This document shows, one piece after another, positions 8,658-18,766 of a stretch of 39,429 bases of DNA (the stretch's first letter is position 1; every line of letters starts with the position of its first letter). Source of the stretch: a virus (lineage: Duplodnaviria; Heunggongvirae; Uroviricota; Caudoviricetes); IMG/VR virus record IMGVR_UViG_2529292726_000015, positions 1 through 39,429 of that record. The stretch is one strand, 5' to 3'. Position numbers and translations under genes: made by a program. The notes below the pieces were generated by a model. It searched no databases and was not told where the DNA came from. It was given only the letters and a program-made list of their open reading frames with translations.

Positions 8658-8843
8658 ATGTACAAGAAAGATGTTATCGACCACTTCGGAACCCAGCGTG
8701 CTGTAGCTAAAGCGTTAGGCATTAGCGACGCAGCAGTCTCTCAGTGGAAGGAAGTCATCCCAGAGAAAGACGCCTATCGACTGGAAGTCGTTACAGCTGG
8801 CGCCCTGAAGTATCAAGAAAGCGCTTACCGCAAAGCGGCATAA
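8658..8843 (+). CDS. cro: Cro repressor
   Basis: 61 aa MYKKDVIDHFGTQRAVAKALGISDAAVSQWKEVIPEKDAYRLEVVT... matches P22 Cro. Confidence 0.9.
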   Translation: MYKKDVIDHFGTQRAVAKALGISDAAVSQWKEVIPEKDAYRLEVVTAGALKYQESAYRKAA

Positions 8844-8849
8844 GCAAAT

Positions 8850-8894
8850 TGCTCTTTAACAGTCATGGTCCTCATTCCCGCCGAAATGCGGGAA
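8850..8894 (+). promoter_or_regulatory. nutR (boxA + boxB hairpin)
   Basis: TGCTCTTTAACAG followed by TTCCCGCCGAAATGCGGGAA (7-bp stem), just after the cro stop. Confidence 0.6.
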
Positions 8895-8951
8895 TACAAC
8901 GCGCATAAGTTGATGCGCATAACTTCTTATTTGTTAAGGAAATACTTACAT

Positions 8952-9245
8952 ATGGTTCGTGCAAACAAACGCAACGAGGCTCTAAGAATCGAGAGGGCGT
9001 TGCTTAACAAAATCGCAATGCTTGGAACTGAGAAGACAGCGGAAGCTGTGGGAGTTGATAAGTCGCAGATCAGCAGGTGGAAGAGGGACTGGATTCCAAA
9101 GTTCTCAATGCTGCTTGCTGTTCTTGAATGGGGCGTCGTTGACGACGACATGGCTCGATTGGCACGACAAGTTGCTTCGATTCTCACCAATAAAAAACGC
9201 CCGGCGGCAACCGAGCGTTCTGATCAAATACAAATGGAATTTTAA
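8952..9245 (+). CDS. c1: Lysogeny establishment activator C1 (cII-like)
   Basis: MVRANKRNEALRIERALLNKIAMLGTEKTAEAVGVDKSQISRWKRDW... matches P22 C1; the ORF-track start at 8865 is an upstream extension through nutR. Confidence 0.85.
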   Translation: MVRANKRNEALRIERALLNKIAMLGTEKTAEAVGVDKSQISRWKRDWIPKFSMLLAVLEWGVVDDDMARLARQVASILTNKKRPAATERSDQIQMEF

Positions 9246-9267
9246 CAACATCCAACGAGGTAATTAT

Positions 9268-9540
9268 ATGCGAAACAAAGGCTTTAATCCACCTGATACA
9301 CACAAAGAAGCTAAGCGTTTGCGCTTCCTTCGTTCCATTGATGAAAGAACTCAAATCTCTTTTGTGAAAGTTGCCAGAACTGAGCTTCTGAAGGCTGAGG
9401 CGAGGGCGTTGCTCCCGTCTCTACCAAAAGAGGAGGGATATACGTTCATTCCAAACACATTTCTGGAAAAGCTTCTCAAAGAAGACATATCCGTAAGTCA
9501 GTTTAACGATGTTCTTAATGTCTTTCGTCAAGGCAGGTAG
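9268..9540 (+). CDS. Hypothetical protein (90 aa)
   Basis: ATG at 9268 preceded by CGAGG; the longer ORF-track frame from 9022 overlaps c1. Confidence 0.4.
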   Translation: MRNKGFNPPDTHKEAKRLRFLRSIDERTQISFVKVARTELLKAEARALLPSLPKEEGYTFIPNTFLEKLLKEDISVSQFNDVLNVFRQGR

Positions 9541-9542
9541 TT

Positions 9543-10490
9543 ATGAGCAATACAGCAAAAATCTACGATTTCAGCGCCGCACACGAGCGCAGGAGCAACA
9601 GGATGGAGAACCAGAAAACTGGTTACATTCCGTTGTACCGGAGCATTCTGAAACAGTCATGGGCGAAAGATGTTTATCTTCGCACCCTGTGGGAAAACCT
9701 TCTCCTGAATGCCGCCAGAAAGCCATACAAAGCGAATTTCAAAGGTCATGAATGGCATCTGCAACCCGGTCAACTGGTTGTGACAGCAGCTGATTTAGGT
9801 CTTCAGTTATGCGACAGACATGGCAAGCCAGCAAGCCGTGATCAGGTTGAGCGGATGCTTCAGGTTTTTGTGAAAGAGGGGATGATCTCCATTGATGGAG
9901 AGAAGCAAAAAGGTCGTGTGATCACCATCACAAATTACCATGAATACGCTCAAAAAATGGACAATTCACCCGCACATGAAGCCGCACAAACAACCGCACA
10001 TGATGCCGCACATGACGAAGCCAGCAATGGCGCGGCTTTCAGAGTACATGCCGCACATGAAAGCGCACATGAAGCCGCACAAACAACCGCACATCATGAA
10101 CAAGAAGGTATTAACAAGAATATAAATAATACCCCCCTACCCCCCAATGGGGGCGGCGATGGGCAGGTTAAACCTGAACGTCGCAAGGCAGAACGAATCG
10201 ACTACGAATCCTTCCTGAACGCCTACAACACCGAAGTCGGTGACAGACTGCCACACGCTGTTGCGGTCAACGAGAAACGCAAACGCCGCCTGAAGAAAAT
10301 CATCCCGCAACTGAAAACGCCAAACGTGGACGGTTTCAGAGCGTATGTCAGGGCGTTTGTACATCAGGCCAAGCCGTTTTACTTCGGAGACAACGACACT
10401 GGCTGGACGGCCGATTTTGATTACCTGCTGAGGGAAGATTCGTTAACGGGAGTTCGGGAAGGGAAGTTTGCAGACAGGGGGATTGCATGA
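9543..10490 (+). CDS. Replication initiator (lambda O / P22 gp18-like) containing the origin iterons
   Basis: N-terminus [10 protein letters not shown] resembles lambda O MTNTAKILNF; central repeat-encoded linker; immediately followed by the helicase gene. Confidence 0.7.
   Translation: MSNTAKIYDFSAAHERRSNRMENQKTGYIPLYRSILKQSWAKDVYLRTLWENLLLNAARKPYKANFKGHEWHLQPGQLVVTAADLGLQLCDRHGKPASRDQVERMLQVFVKEGMISIDGEKQKGRVITITNYHEYAQKMDNSPAHEAAQTTAHDAAHDEASNGAAFRVHAAHESAHEAAQTTAHHEQEGINKNINNTPLPPNGGGDGQVKPERRKAERIDYESFLNAYNTEVGDRLPHAVAVNEKRKRRLKKIIPQLKTPNVDGFRAYVRAFVHQAKPFYFGDNDTGWTADFDYLLREDSLTGVREGKFADRGIA
9969..10135. repeat. Origin-like iteron cluster plus flanking AT-rich segment inside the initiator gene
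   Basis: About 8 copies of CCGCACA(T/A)(G/C)A within roughly 130 bp, including a 27-bp direct duplication, followed by AAGAAGGTATTAACAAGAATATAAATAAT. Confidence 0.6.
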
Positions 10491-11863
10491 AACAGGATAT
10501 CGAAGCGAGCGTTATCGGTGGCCTGCTGATTGGTGGATTAACACCAACCGCCAGCGACGTTCTGGCAACGCTGGAGCCGGAAGCGTTTTCAATTCCGCTC
10601 TACCGGAAAGCCTTCGAGGTTATCCGCAAGCAGGCGCGAAACAGAAACCTAATCGACGCGCTGATGGTTGCCGAGGCGTGCGGAGAGGAGCATTTCACGT
10701 CAATCCTGATGACCAGCAAAAACTGCCCGAGTGCCGCAAACCTGAAGGGATATGCAGGAATGGTCGCGGATAACTATCACCGCCGTCTGGTGCTGGAAAT
10801 CATGGATGAAATGCGTGAACCAATTCAGAGCGGAACCATCGACGCATCGAGTCAGGCGATGGATGAGCTTGTAAAGCGTCTTTCAGCCATCAGAAAGCCC
10901 CGTGATGAGGTTAAACCTGTACGGTTAGGGGAAATCATTACTGACTACACTGACACGCTTGACAGGCGTCTGAGGAACGGAGAAGAGTCCGATACCCTGA
11001 AGACCGGAATCGAAGAACTTGATGCCATCACCGGAGGGATGAACGCAGAAGACCTGGTGATTATCGCCGCTCGTCCTGGTATGGGGAAAACCGAACTGGC
11101 GCTGAAGATTGCCGAAGGTGTGGCAAGCCGCGTTATTCCTGGTTCTGACGTCCGGCGCGGGGTATTGATTTTCTCAATGGAAATGAGCGCATTGCAGATT
11201 GCAGAGCGAAGCATTGCCAACGCCGGGAGGATGTCGGTTAGCGTACTGCGAAATCCTGCATCGATGGATGACGAGGGCTGGGCACGTGTTGCTAACGGCA
11301 TGAGTCAGCTTGCAGATTTGGATGTATGGGTAGTCGATGCCTCGCGGTTATCGGTCGAAGAAATTCGCTCAATCGCAGAACGGCACAAACAGGAAAATCC
11401 AAACCTGTCACTCATCATGGCGGATTATCTTGGCCTGATTGAGAAGCCGAAAGCAGACCGCAACGACCTTGCAATTGCTCACATCTCCGGAAGCCTGAAG
11501 GCGATGGCGAAAGACCTGAAAACGCCTGTTATCTCCCTGAGTCAGCTTTCGCGCGATGTTGAGAAGCGACCAAACAAACGCCCGACAAACGCAGATTTGC
11601 GTGATTCAGGAAGCATTGAGCAGGACGCAGACTCAATCATCATGCTCTATCGGGAAGCTGTATATGACGAGAACAGTAGCGCCGCGCCATTTGCTGAAAT
11701 CATTGTGACGAAAAACCGTTTTGGCTCACTTGGTACGGTTTACCAGCGGTTCTGCAACGGACACTTTGTTGCATGTGACCAGGATGAAGCCAGACAGATT
11801 TGCACAGCATCAAATGCACCTGCTGCGCGTGGCAGACGATATGCACAAGGGGCTGACGTATGA
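10487..11863 (+). CDS. Replicative DNA helicase, DnaB family (P22 gp12-like)
   Basis: 458 aa; Walker [18 protein letters not shown]; DnaB-like architecture; ATGA overlap with the initiator gene. Confidence 0.9.
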   Translation: MKQDIEASVIGGLLIGGLTPTASDVLATLEPEAFSIPLYRKAFEVIRKQARNRNLIDALMVAEACGEEHFTSILMTSKNCPSAANLKGYAGMVADNYHRRLVLEIMDEMREPIQSGTIDASSQAMDELVKRLSAIRKPRDEVKPVRLGEIITDYTDTLDRRLRNGEESDTLKTGIEELDAITGGMNAEDLVIIAARPGMGKTELALKIAEGVASRVIPGSDVRRGVLIFSMEMSALQIAERSIANAGRMSVSVLRNPASMDDEGWARVANGMSQLADLDVWVVDASRLSVEEIRSIAERHKQENPNLSLIMADYLGLIEKPKADRNDLAIAHISGSLKAMAKDLKTPVISLSQLSRDVEKRPNKRPTNADLRDSGSIEQDADSIIMLYREAVYDENSSAAPFAEIIVTKNRFGSLGTVYQRFCNGHFVACDQDEARQICTASNAPAARGRRYAQGADV

Positions 11864-11889
11864 CCATCTACATCACTGAGCTAATAACA

Positions 11890-11920
11890 GGGGCTATTTA
11901 CACAGTAGCCCTTTTTTATT
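11890..11920 (+). terminator. Rho-independent terminator after helicase gene
   Basis: Stem GGGCTA-TTTACACA-GTAGCCC followed by TTTTTTATT. Confidence 0.5.
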
Positions 11921-11944
11921 GGATTAAGAACGAGGGGAATCCTG

Positions 11945-12157
11945 ATGGACACCGTTAACGGAATGTGTTCAGACGCACCGCGTGCCAAGAAATGTAAATG
12001 CGGAAAATCACCGACAATATTCGACATGGAGAACGGGGGCCAAATCTACTGCGCTAACCACGCCGCTGTGGCGGCCGCGAATTATCGCAGTGCGGTAACG
12101 GAGTGGAATAACCTGAAATCTGTTAGAGAGGGAAGTCATGAAAAAACTAACCTTTGA
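11945..12157 (+). CDS. Hypothetical small Cys-rich protein (70 aa)
   Basis: GAGGGG RBS before ATG; CxC...C pattern; overlaps ninB start. Confidence 0.35.
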   Translation: MDTVNGMCSDAPRAKKCKCGKSPTIFDMENGGQIYCANHAAVAAANYRSAVTEWNNLKSVREGSHEKTNL

Positions 12158-12578
12158 AATTCGATCTCCAGCACATCAGCAAAACGCTATTCACGCAGTA
12201 CAGCAAATCCTTCCAGACCCAACCAAACCAATCGTAGTAACCATTCAGGAGCGCAACCGCAGCTTAGACCAAAACAGGAAGCTATGGGCCTGCTTAGGTG
12301 ACGTCTCTCGTCAGGTTGAATGGCATGGTCGCTGGCTGGATGCAGAAAGCTGGAAGTGTGTGTTTACCGCAGCATTAAAGCAGCAGGATGTTGTTCCTAA
12401 CCTTGCCGGGAATGGCTTTGTGGTAATAGGCCAGTCAACCAGCAGGATGCGTGTAAGCGAATTTGCGGAGCTATTAGAGCTTATACAGGCATTCGGTACA
12501 GAGCGTGGCGTTAAGTGGTCAGACGAAGCGCGACTAGCTCTCGAATGGAAAGCGCGATGGGGAGATCGGGCTGCATGA
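12138..12578 (+). CDS. ninB: NinB recombination protein (Orf-family)
   Basis: 146 aa MKKLTFEIRSPAHQQNAIHAVQQILPDPTKPIVVTIQERNRSLDQNRKLWACLGDV... matches lambda NinB. Confidence 0.9.
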   Translation: MKKLTFEIRSPAHQQNAIHAVQQILPDPTKPIVVTIQERNRSLDQNRKLWACLGDVSRQVEWHGRWLDAESWKCVFTAALKQQDVVPNLAGNGFVVIGQSTSRMRVSEFAELLELIQAFGTERGVKWSDEARLALEWKARWGDRAA

Positions 12579-13102
12579 CTATCAAATCAAATACGCCAGC
12601 ACACGACAAGGACTGCTGGCAAACGCCGCTTTGGCTTTTTGATGCACTGGATATTGAGTTTGGATTCTGGCTGGATTCGGCAGCGAGCGACAAAAATGCT
12701 CTGTGCGCTCACTGGTTAACTGAGGCCGACGACGCGCTAAATTCTGAGTGGATAAGCCACGGTGCAATCTGGAATAACCCACCGTACAGCAATATCAGGC
12801 CGTGGGTGGAAAAAGCCGCTGAGCAGTGCATACAACAGCGACAGACGGTAGTGATGCTTGTGCCAGAGGATATGTCAGTCGGATGGTTCAGCAAGGCTCT
12901 GGAGAGTGTCGACGAAGTTCGCATTATCACTGATGGACGGATTAATTTTATCGAACCATCGACAGGGCTGGAGAAGAAGGGAAACAGCAAAGGCTCCATG
13001 CTGCTGATTTGGCGACCGTTCATCAGTCCTCGACGGATGTTTACTACCGTATCCAAAGCGGCATTGATGGCGATCGGGCAGGGCGTCAGGAGGGCGGCAT
13101 GA
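12575..13102 (+). CDS. Phage N6-adenine DNA methyltransferase (Dam-like)
   Basis: Start ATG overlaps ninB stop; catalytic NPPY motif ([13 protein letters not shown]); occupies the lambda ninC position. Confidence 0.75.
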   Translation: MTIKSNTPAHDKDCWQTPLWLFDALDIEFGFWLDSAASDKNALCAHWLTEADDALNSEWISHGAIWNNPPYSNIRPWVEKAAEQCIQQRQTVVMLVPEDMSVGWFSKALESVDEVRIITDGRINFIEPSTGLEKKGNSKGSMLLIWRPFISPRRMFTTVSKAALMAIGQGVRRAA

Positions 13103-13275
13103 GACGACAGCGACGAAGTATCACCGACATCATCTGCGAAAACTGCAAATCCCTTCCAACGAAACGCACCAGAAATAAACGCAAGCCAATCCCAAAAGAA
13201 TCTGACGTAAAAACCTTCAACTACACTGCTCACCTGTGGGATATCCGGTGGCTAAGACATCGTGCGAGGAAATGA
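13099..13275 (+). CDS. ninE: NinE-family small protein
   Basis: [58 protein letters not shown]; recalled as lambda NinE-like (NinD/NinE assignment is from memory). Confidence 0.65.
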   Translation: MRRQRRSITDIICENCKSLPTKRTRNKRKPIPKESDVKTFNYTAHLWDIRWLRHRARK

Positions 13276-13637
13276 CAATGGATTATTCACAGTTAAGTGA
13301 TTTTGAAATTAACGTGGCGGTATTCGAAGCCATTCATAACGGATCACCGGATTACAAAGAAGGTGAGAATGGCGATATGGTGTTTGTCTCATTTGAGGGA
13401 GACATTGTAAACGGAGACGCAGTTGAAGTAGAAGTTGAGCGCGGATCATTTAACCCATGCGTAAACCCAGCAGACGCATGGCCGATTATTGAAAAATACA
13501 GGATTAGCATTATCAATCTCGATGAAGACGAGTGGGGTGCACGCGGTGTGGCCTACTGTAAATCTAAGCGAGCTATACATGAAAATCCCCTCCGCGCCGC
13601 CATGATTGTCTTTCTCATGATGCAGAGAATCCAATAA
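13272..13637 (+). CDS. Hypothetical nin-region protein
   Basis: GAGGA RBS before ATG at 13272; ATGA overlap with ninE stop. Confidence 0.5.
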   Translation: MTMDYSQLSDFEINVAVFEAIHNGSPDYKEGENGDMVFVSFEGDIVNGDAVEVEVERGSFNPCVNPADAWPIIEKYRISIINLDEDEWGARGVAYCKSKRAIHENPLRAAMIVFLMMQRIQ

Positions 13638-13813
13638 TGCTTAGCCCATCCCAATCCATTCAATACCAGAAAGAAAGCGTCGAGCGAGCTTTAACGTGCG
13701 CTAACTGCGGTCAGAAGCTGCATGTGCTGGAATTTCACGTGTGTGAGCACTGCTGCGCAGAACTGATGAGCGATCCGAATAGCTCAATGTACGAGGAAGA
13801 AGACGATGAGTGA
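13637..13813 (+). CDS. ninF: NinF
   Basis: Below ORF-track cutoff; [58 protein letters not shown] matches lambda NinF. Confidence 0.8.
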   Translation: MLSPSQSIQYQKESVERALTCANCGQKLHVLEFHVCEHCCAELMSDPNSSMYEEEDDE

Positions 13814-14075
13814 TTTCTCTGAGCTTATTTACTTCAAAAAAGACAGAGAAGAAATGCGGACTGAATCTGTCTATTACGTTCAACACCGGAATAAACGCTC
13901 TGTGCTTGATCAGGAGCTGGTTATTACCGGAGACCTGGCATTCAGAACATATAAGGCCAGCATGGAAATGAAGGATTTCCCTAAATGTGGTTCTGAAAGA
14001 GAAGCCGCGTTAAAGCTGGCAGAGTGGATGCAGAGAATGGCTGCTGCAATTGAGAATTACTGGAGCGAACCATAA
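13806..14075 (+). CDS. Hypothetical nin-region protein (89 aa)
   Basis: Intact ORF overlapping ninF stop and abutting ninG start. Confidence 0.5.
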   Translation: MSDFSELIYFKKDREEMRTESVYYVQHRNKRSVLDQELVITGDLAFRTYKASMEMKDFPKCGSEREAALKLAEWMQRMAAAIENYWSEP

Positions 14076-14686
14076 TGGCTAAACCAGCGCGAAGACGATG
14101 TAAAAACGATGAATGCCGGGAATGGTTTCACCCTGCATTCGCTAATCAGTGGTGGTGCTCTCCAGAGTGTGGAACCAAGATAGCACTCGAACGACGAAGC
14201 AAAGAACGCGAAAAAGCGGAAAAAGCAGCAGAGAAGAAACGACGACGAGAGGAGCAGAAACAGAAAGATAAACTTAAGATTCGAAAACTCGCCTTAAAGC
14301 CCCGCAGTTACTGGATTAAACAAGCCCAACAAGCCGTAAACGCCTTCATCAGAGAAAGAGACCGCGACTTACCATGTATCTCGTGCGGAACGCTCACGTC
14401 TGCTCAGTGGGATGCCGGGCATTACCGGACAACTGCTGCGGCACCTCAACTCCGATTTGATGAACGCAATATTCACAAGCAATGCGTGGTGTGCAACCAG
14501 CACAAAAGCGGAAATCTCGTTCCGTATCGCGTCGAACTGATTAATCGCATCGGGCAGGAAGCAGTAGACGAAATCGAATCAAACCATAACCGCCATCGCT
14601 GGACTGTCGAAGAGTGCAGGGCCATCAAGGCGGAGTATCAGCAGAAACTCAAAGACCTGCGAAATAGCAGAAGTGAGGCCGCATGA
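14075..14686 (+). CDS. ninG: NinG (Rap-like recombination endonuclease)
   Basis: 203 aa [41 protein letters not shown]... matches lambda NinG. Confidence 0.85.
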   Translation: MAKPARRRCKNDECREWFHPAFANQWWCSPECGTKIALERRSKEREKAEKAAEKKRRREEQKQKDKLKIRKLALKPRSYWIKQAQQAVNAFIRERDRDLPCISCGTLTSAQWDAGHYRTTAAAPQLRFDERNIHKQCVVCNQHKSGNLVPYRVELINRIGQEAVDEIESNHNRHRWTVEECRAIKAEYQQKLKDLRNSRSEAA

Positions 14687-14889
14687 CGTTCTCAGTAAAA
14701 ACCATTCCAGACATGCTCGTTGAAGCATACGGAAACCAGACAGAAGTGGCACGCAGACTGAAATGTAGTCGCGTCACGGTAAGAAAATACGTTGATGATA
14801 AAGACGGGAAAATGCACGCCATCGTCAACGACGTTCTCATGGTTCATCGCGGATGGAGTGAAAGAGATGCGCTATTACGAAAGAATTGA
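14683..14889 (+). CDS. ninH: NinH
   Basis: 68 aa [39 protein letters not shown]... matches lambda NinH. Confidence 0.8.
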   Translation: MTFSVKTIPDMLVEAYGNQTEVARRLKCSRVTVRKYVDDKDGKMHAIVNDVLMVHRGWSERDALLRKN

Positions 14890-15538
14890 TGGCAGCAAAT
14901 ACCGGAATATTTGGGTAGTTGGCGATCTGCACGGATGCTACACGAACCTGATGAAAAAACTGGAGACGATAGGATTCGACATCAAAAAAGACCTGCTTAT
15001 CTCGGTTGGCGATTTGGTCGATCGCGGTACAGAGAACGTCGAATGCCTGGAATTAATCACATTCCCCTGGTTCAGAGCTGTACGTGGAAACCATGAGCAA
15101 ATGATGATTGAGGGCTTATCAGAGCGTGGAAACGTCAATCACTGGCTGTTTAATGGCGGTGGCTGGTTCTTTAATCTCGATTACGACAAAGAAATTCTGG
15201 CTAAAGCTCTTGCCCATAAAGCAGATGAACTTCCGTTAATCATTGAACTGGTGAGCAAAGGTAAAAAATATGTTATCTGCCACGCCGATTATCCTTGTGA
15301 CGAATACGAGTTTGGAAAGCCAGTTGTTCATCAGCAGGTAATCTGGAACCGCGAACGAATCAGCAACTCACAAGACGGGATCGTAAAAGAAATCAAAGGA
15401 GCGGACACGTTCATCTTTGGTCATACGCCAGCAGTGAAACCACTCAAGTTTGCCAACCAAATGTATATCGATACCGGCGCAGTGTTCTGCGGAAACCTCA
15501 CATTGATTCAGGTACAGGGAGAAGGCGCGTGGGCATAA
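14867..15538 (+). CDS. Ser/Thr protein phosphatase (lambda orf221-like, calcineurin-type)
   Basis: [29 protein letters not shown]...GDLVDRG...GNHE metallophosphatase motifs; matches lambda nin-region phosphatase. Confidence 0.85.
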   Translation: MRYYERIDGSKYRNIWVVGDLHGCYTNLMKKLETIGFDIKKDLLISVGDLVDRGTENVECLELITFPWFRAVRGNHEQMMIEGLSERGNVNHWLFNGGGWFFNLDYDKEILAKALAHKADELPLIIELVSKGKKYVICHADYPCDEYEFGKPVVHQQVIWNRERISNSQDGIVKEIKGADTFIFGHTPAVKPLKFANQMYIDTGAVFCGNLTLIQVQGEGAWA

Positions 15539-16047
15539 GAGAACTAAACCTCACCAAAGAACAGCATGAGTGGCTGAATGGCTGGCTTGAACTGTGGGGC
15601 GCATGGGGTTATTCAGGTCGTCTGGAAAAGCGCATGAGCAGCGTAATAGCGAAGTTCATGGAGAGCGTAGAGCCGGGAAGAGTTATGACAAGGCCAATGT
15701 GCAATGATGATGATGGAATGTTGATTTCTCAGGTCGTCGATTCCGTCATGTACATTGACAAGAAAGCCTTTGGCATCCTCCTCAGCTACTACGCTCATGG
15801 TTCATCTAAGCGAGCAATTGCATCCTACTATCACGCGACTGCAAAGCCACGCAAGATGTGTGGACGTGGTGGCGAGGGATGGAGAAAACCTTCACTGGCA
15901 ACCTGTAGAAACGAAATTGACGACATCCTGAAAGCGTCATTATTTGTTTTATACCAGCCAATGCAAAATGCTTTCAAAATGCGTAAACGTGTTGAGAAAG
16001 TTAAGCATGTTGCTGTTAAAAGTCTTGACATGCAATTAGCCATTTAG
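15529..16047 (+). CDS. Q: Late-gene antiterminator Q (non-lambda type, phage 82/21-like family)
   Basis: 172 aa, last gene before the late promoter; [11 protein letters not shown] motif recalled from the Q-antiterminator family; not similar to lambda Q. Confidence 0.65.
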   Translation: MGIRELNLTKEQHEWLNGWLELWGAWGYSGRLEKRMSSVIAKFMESVEPGRVMTRPMCNDDDGMLISQVVDSVMYIDKKAFGILLSYYAHGSSKRAIASYYHATAKPRKMCGRGGEGWRKPSLATCRNEIDDILKASLFVLYQPMQNAFKMRKRVEKVKHVAVKSLDMQLAI

Positions 16048-16054
16048 CCATAAT
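16025..16054 (+). promoter_or_regulatory. Candidate late promoter PR' overlapping the end of Q
   Basis: TTGACA (16025-16030), 18-bp spacer, CATAAT (16049-16054). Confidence 0.45.
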
Positions 16055-16093
16055 ATTCACATATGCTGCTGCTTTTGCATTCAGCAACCATCA

Positions 16094-16120
16094 AAAGCCC
16101 ACCTCCTGTGGGCTTTTTTG
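16094..16120 (+). terminator. Strong rho-independent terminator about 40 nt downstream of candidate PR'
   Basis: Stem AAGCCCAC-CTCCT-GTGGGCTT followed by a T6 run. Confidence 0.6.
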
Positions 16121-16241
16121 CATTCGCGTGCAATCAAAACAAGAGTCTTAGTGATATGGGCCTGAGATATGGTGGTGGAAACATCGCTCCGCTCTTGGCT
16201 GTCATATCTACGCGAACAGGCTCTATCCCTAAGGTAAAGCG

Positions 16242-16754
16242 ATGAAAGAAATAAAATTAACGCCAGAAATGGTGCTTTCTGTTGTTGATTACAATCCATC
16301 ATCAGGCGACTTTCACTGGAGATGGAGGCAGGGGAGAGAGAGGACCACTTTGACATGGAACTCTCGTTTTGCTTTCAAGAAATGCTCATCAATAAATTCT
16401 GATGGGTATTTAATGATTATGATTAATGGTAAAGCATACCCTGCTCACAGACTGGCATGGTTGATTGTTTATGGCACCATGCCCGATGGTTTTATTGATC
16501 ACATCAACAGGGTAAGAACAGATAACCGGATATCAAATCTTCGTCTTGTCACTCATTCCGAAAATATGCAAAACAGGAAAATTCAGAAGAATAATAAATC
16601 TGGATACCGTGGCGTGTCTTGGGATGCTAAGTACGGGAAATGGAGAGCAAGAATTAATGCGTCTGGAAAGTGTATTAACCTTGGATACCATGACACTGCC
16701 GAACTTGCCGCTGCGGCTTTTGAGGCAGCCAGAATGAAATATCATACCGTTTAA
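16242..16754 (+). CDS. HNH endonuclease with AP2-type DNA-binding domain (homing-endonuclease-like)
   Basis: HNH motif GFIDHINRVRTDNRISNLRLVTHSENMQN; AP2-like GYRGVSWDAKYGKWRARINASGKCINLGYHDTAELAAAAFEAA. Confidence 0.75.
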   Translation: MKEIKLTPEMVLSVVDYNPSSGDFHWRWRQGRERTTLTWNSRFAFKKCSSINSDGYLMIMINGKAYPAHRLAWLIVYGTMPDGFIDHINRVRTDNRISNLRLVTHSENMQNRKIQKNNKSGYRGVSWDAKYGKWRARINASGKCINLGYHDTAELAAAAFEAARMKYHTV

Positions 16755-16762
16755 AGATGTAA

Positions 16763-16805
16763 GCTGCCGTTAGTGACTCTTAAGTTGCGACGGTGGCTTT
16801 TTTGT
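16763..16805 (+). terminator. Candidate tR'-equivalent terminator
   Basis: GC stem with two G-U pairs followed by GGCTTTTTTGTTTG; followed by CACAACAGGTAAGAGCATT as recalled downstream of lambda tR'. Confidence 0.4.
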
Positions 16806-17244
16806 TTGCACAACAGGTAAGAGCATTCTCCCTTATGGGGCTTGGCTTAAATGCACCGAGTGCTCTTATCGTTGTGGTGAAGCTCAATGGCGAGCTAGCA
16901 GATAGGCGACAGTGAAAATACTAGTCATGTAGCTGACCGCCGCGCGTACTGCAATCGGCAGCGCACCGATGGAAGCCGGTTCGATTCCGGCCGCCACAAC
17001 CCAAACTGAGCCGTAGCCACTGGCTATCCTGAATTCATCAGTGATAGTTACGCTGCGGCCTTCTAAACATGACCTTCGTGAAAGCGGGTGGCAAGAGGCT
17101 GCGCTAACAACCTCCTGCCGTTTTGCCCGTGCATATCGGTCACGAACAAATCTGATTACTAAACACAGTAGCCTGGATTTGTTCTATCAGTAATCGACCT
17201 TATTCCTAATTAAATAGAGCAAATCCCCTTATTGGGGGTAAGAC

Positions 17245-17568
17245 ATGAAGATGCCAGAAAAACATGACCTGTTAGCCGCCATTCTCGCGGCAAAGGAACA
17301 AGGCATCGGGGCAATCCTTGCGTTTGCAATGGCGTACCTTCGCGGCAGATATAATGGCGGTGCGTTTACAAAAACAGTAATCGACGCAACGATGTGCGCC
17401 ATTATCGCCTGGTTCATTCGTGACCTTCTCGACTTCGCCGGACTAAGTAGCAATCTCGCTTATATAACGAGCGTGTTCATCGGCTACATCGGTACTGACT
17501 CGATTGGTTCGCTTATCAAACGCTTCGCTGCTAAAAAAGCCGGAATAGAAGATGGTGGAAATCAATAA
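17245..17568 (+). CDS. S: Holin S (dual-start MKM, class I)
   Basis: 107 aa [41 protein letters not shown]... essentially lambda S. Confidence 0.92.
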   Translation: MKMPEKHDLLAAILAAKEQGIGAILAFAMAYLRGRYNGGAFTKTVIDATMCAIIAWFIRDLLDFAGLSSNLAYITSVFIGYIGTDSIGSLIKRFAAKKAGIEDGGNQ

Positions 17569-18028
17569 TCAACGTAAGGCGTTCCTCGATATGCTGGCGT
17601 GGTCAGAGGGAACTGATAACGGACGGCAGAAAACCAGAAATCATGGTTATGACGTCATTGTAGGCGGAGAGCTATTCACTGATTACTCCGATCACCCTCG
17701 CAAACTTGTCACGCTAAACCCCAAACTCAAATCAACAGCCGCCGGACGCTACCAGCTTCTTTCCCGTTGGTGGGATGCCTACCGCAAGCAGCTTGGCCTG
17801 AAAGACTTCTCTCCGAAAAGCCAGGACGCTGTGGCATTGCAACAGATTAAAGAGCGTGGCGCTTTACCGATGATTGATCGCGGTGATATCCGTCAGGCTA
17901 TCGACCGTTGTAGCAATATCTGGGCTTCTCTTCCGGGCGCTGGTTATGGTCAGTTCGAGCATAAGGCTGACAGCCTGATTGCAAAATTCAAAGAAGCTGG
18001 CGGAACAGTCAGAGAGATTGAGGTATGA
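17552..18028 (+). CDS. R: Endolysin R (lytic transglycosylase)
   Basis: 158 aa [42 protein letters not shown]... matches lambda R. Confidence 0.92.
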   Translation: MVEINNQRKAFLDMLAWSEGTDNGRQKTRNHGYDVIVGGELFTDYSDHPRKLVTLNPKLKSTAAGRYQLLSRWWDAYRKQLGLKDFSPKSQDAVALQQIKERGALPMIDRGDIRQAIDRCSNIWASLPGAGYGQFEHKADSLIAKFKEAGGTVREIEV

Positions 18029-18462
18029 GCAGAGCAACCGCGATTATCTCCGCTCTGGTTATCTGCATCATCGTTTGCCTGTCATGGGCTGTTAATCACT
18101 ACCGTGATAACGCCATCGCCTACAAAGAGCAGCGCGATAAGGCCGCATCCACAATTGCTGACATGCAGAAGCGTCAACGTGATGTAGCAGAACTCGACGC
18201 CAGATACACAAAGGAGCTTGCTGATGCTAACGCGACTATCGAAAGCCTCCGTGCTGATGTTTCTGCTGGTCGTAAGCGCCTGCAAGTCGCCGCCACCTGT
18301 GCAAAGTCAACGACCGGAGCCAGCAGCATGGGCGATGGAGAAAGCCCAAGACTTACAGCAGATGCTGAACTCAATTATTACCGTCTCCGAAGTGGAATCG
18401 ACAGGATAACCGCGCAGGTTAACTACCTGCAGGAGTACATCAGGACGCAATGCCTTCGATGA
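18025..18462 (+). CDS. Rz: Spanin inner-membrane subunit Rz
   Basis: [34 protein letters not shown]... matches lambda Rz N-terminus. Confidence 0.85.
   Translation: MSRATAIISALVICIIVCLSWAVNHYRDNAIAYKEQRDKAASTIADMQKRQRDVAELDARYTKELADANATIESLRADVSAGRKRLQVAATCAKSTTGASSMGDGESPRLTADAELNYYRLRSGIDRITAQVNYLQEYIRTQCLR
18218..18409 (+). CDS. Rz1: Spanin outer-membrane lipoprotein Rz1, embedded in +1 frame of Rz
   Basis: Signal peptide with lipobox (LLVVSAC), Pro-rich mature part; nested in Rz as in lambda. Confidence 0.7.
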   Translation: MLMLTRLSKASVLMFLLVVSACKSPPPVQSQRPEPAAWAMEKAQDLQQMLNSIITVSEVESTG

Positions 18463-18635
18463 TAGCGATAATTTTACTCATCATCCTTCACATCTGGCTC
18501 TGTAGACAGGGTGGTGATCACTTCTGGAGTGAATCCAGATTAAACATCTCATTGCTGATGCTTGATATTGAGCATCTGGCGCGCGGTAAGGGGCTGCGTT
18601 GAGATAAGAGCCAGTCATTACAAATACCAGGATTT

Positions 18636-18661
18636 AGCCTCGCATTTGCGGGGCTTTTTAT
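18636..18661 (+). terminator. Rho-independent terminator after lysis cassette
   Basis: Stem GCCTCGC-ATTT-GCGGGGC followed by TTTTTATT. Confidence 0.5.
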
Positions 18662-18766
18662 TGCCATTACAAAAGCCATTCCCTACAGAGTGGCTTTGAT
18701 AATGGCTTATACCCTACACGGGATAACTTAACTGATATCCCTTTTAACGGATAAACGGAGCCAACA

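Noticed and set aside
9940-10125. 61-aa ORF with repetitive HMKPHKQPH sequence; also checked as a possible CRISPR-like repeat array
   Set aside because: It is the alternative-frame reading of the origin iterons inside the initiator gene; the repeats are short, degenerate and without spacers.
14649-14840. 63-aa minus-strand ORF in the nin region
   Set aside because: Antisense to ninG/ninH, which are confidently identified.
16975-17003. tRNA-like T-arm motif (GCCGG-TTCGATT-CCGGC) with a perfect 5-bp stem at anticodon-arm distance, in the late leader upstream of S
   Set aside because: No complementary 5' acceptor strand or D-arm could be built, the anticodon loop lacks U33 and purine-37, and no CCA end is present. 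Likely a chance motif or degenerate remnant; a tRNA-scanning tool would be needed to settle it.
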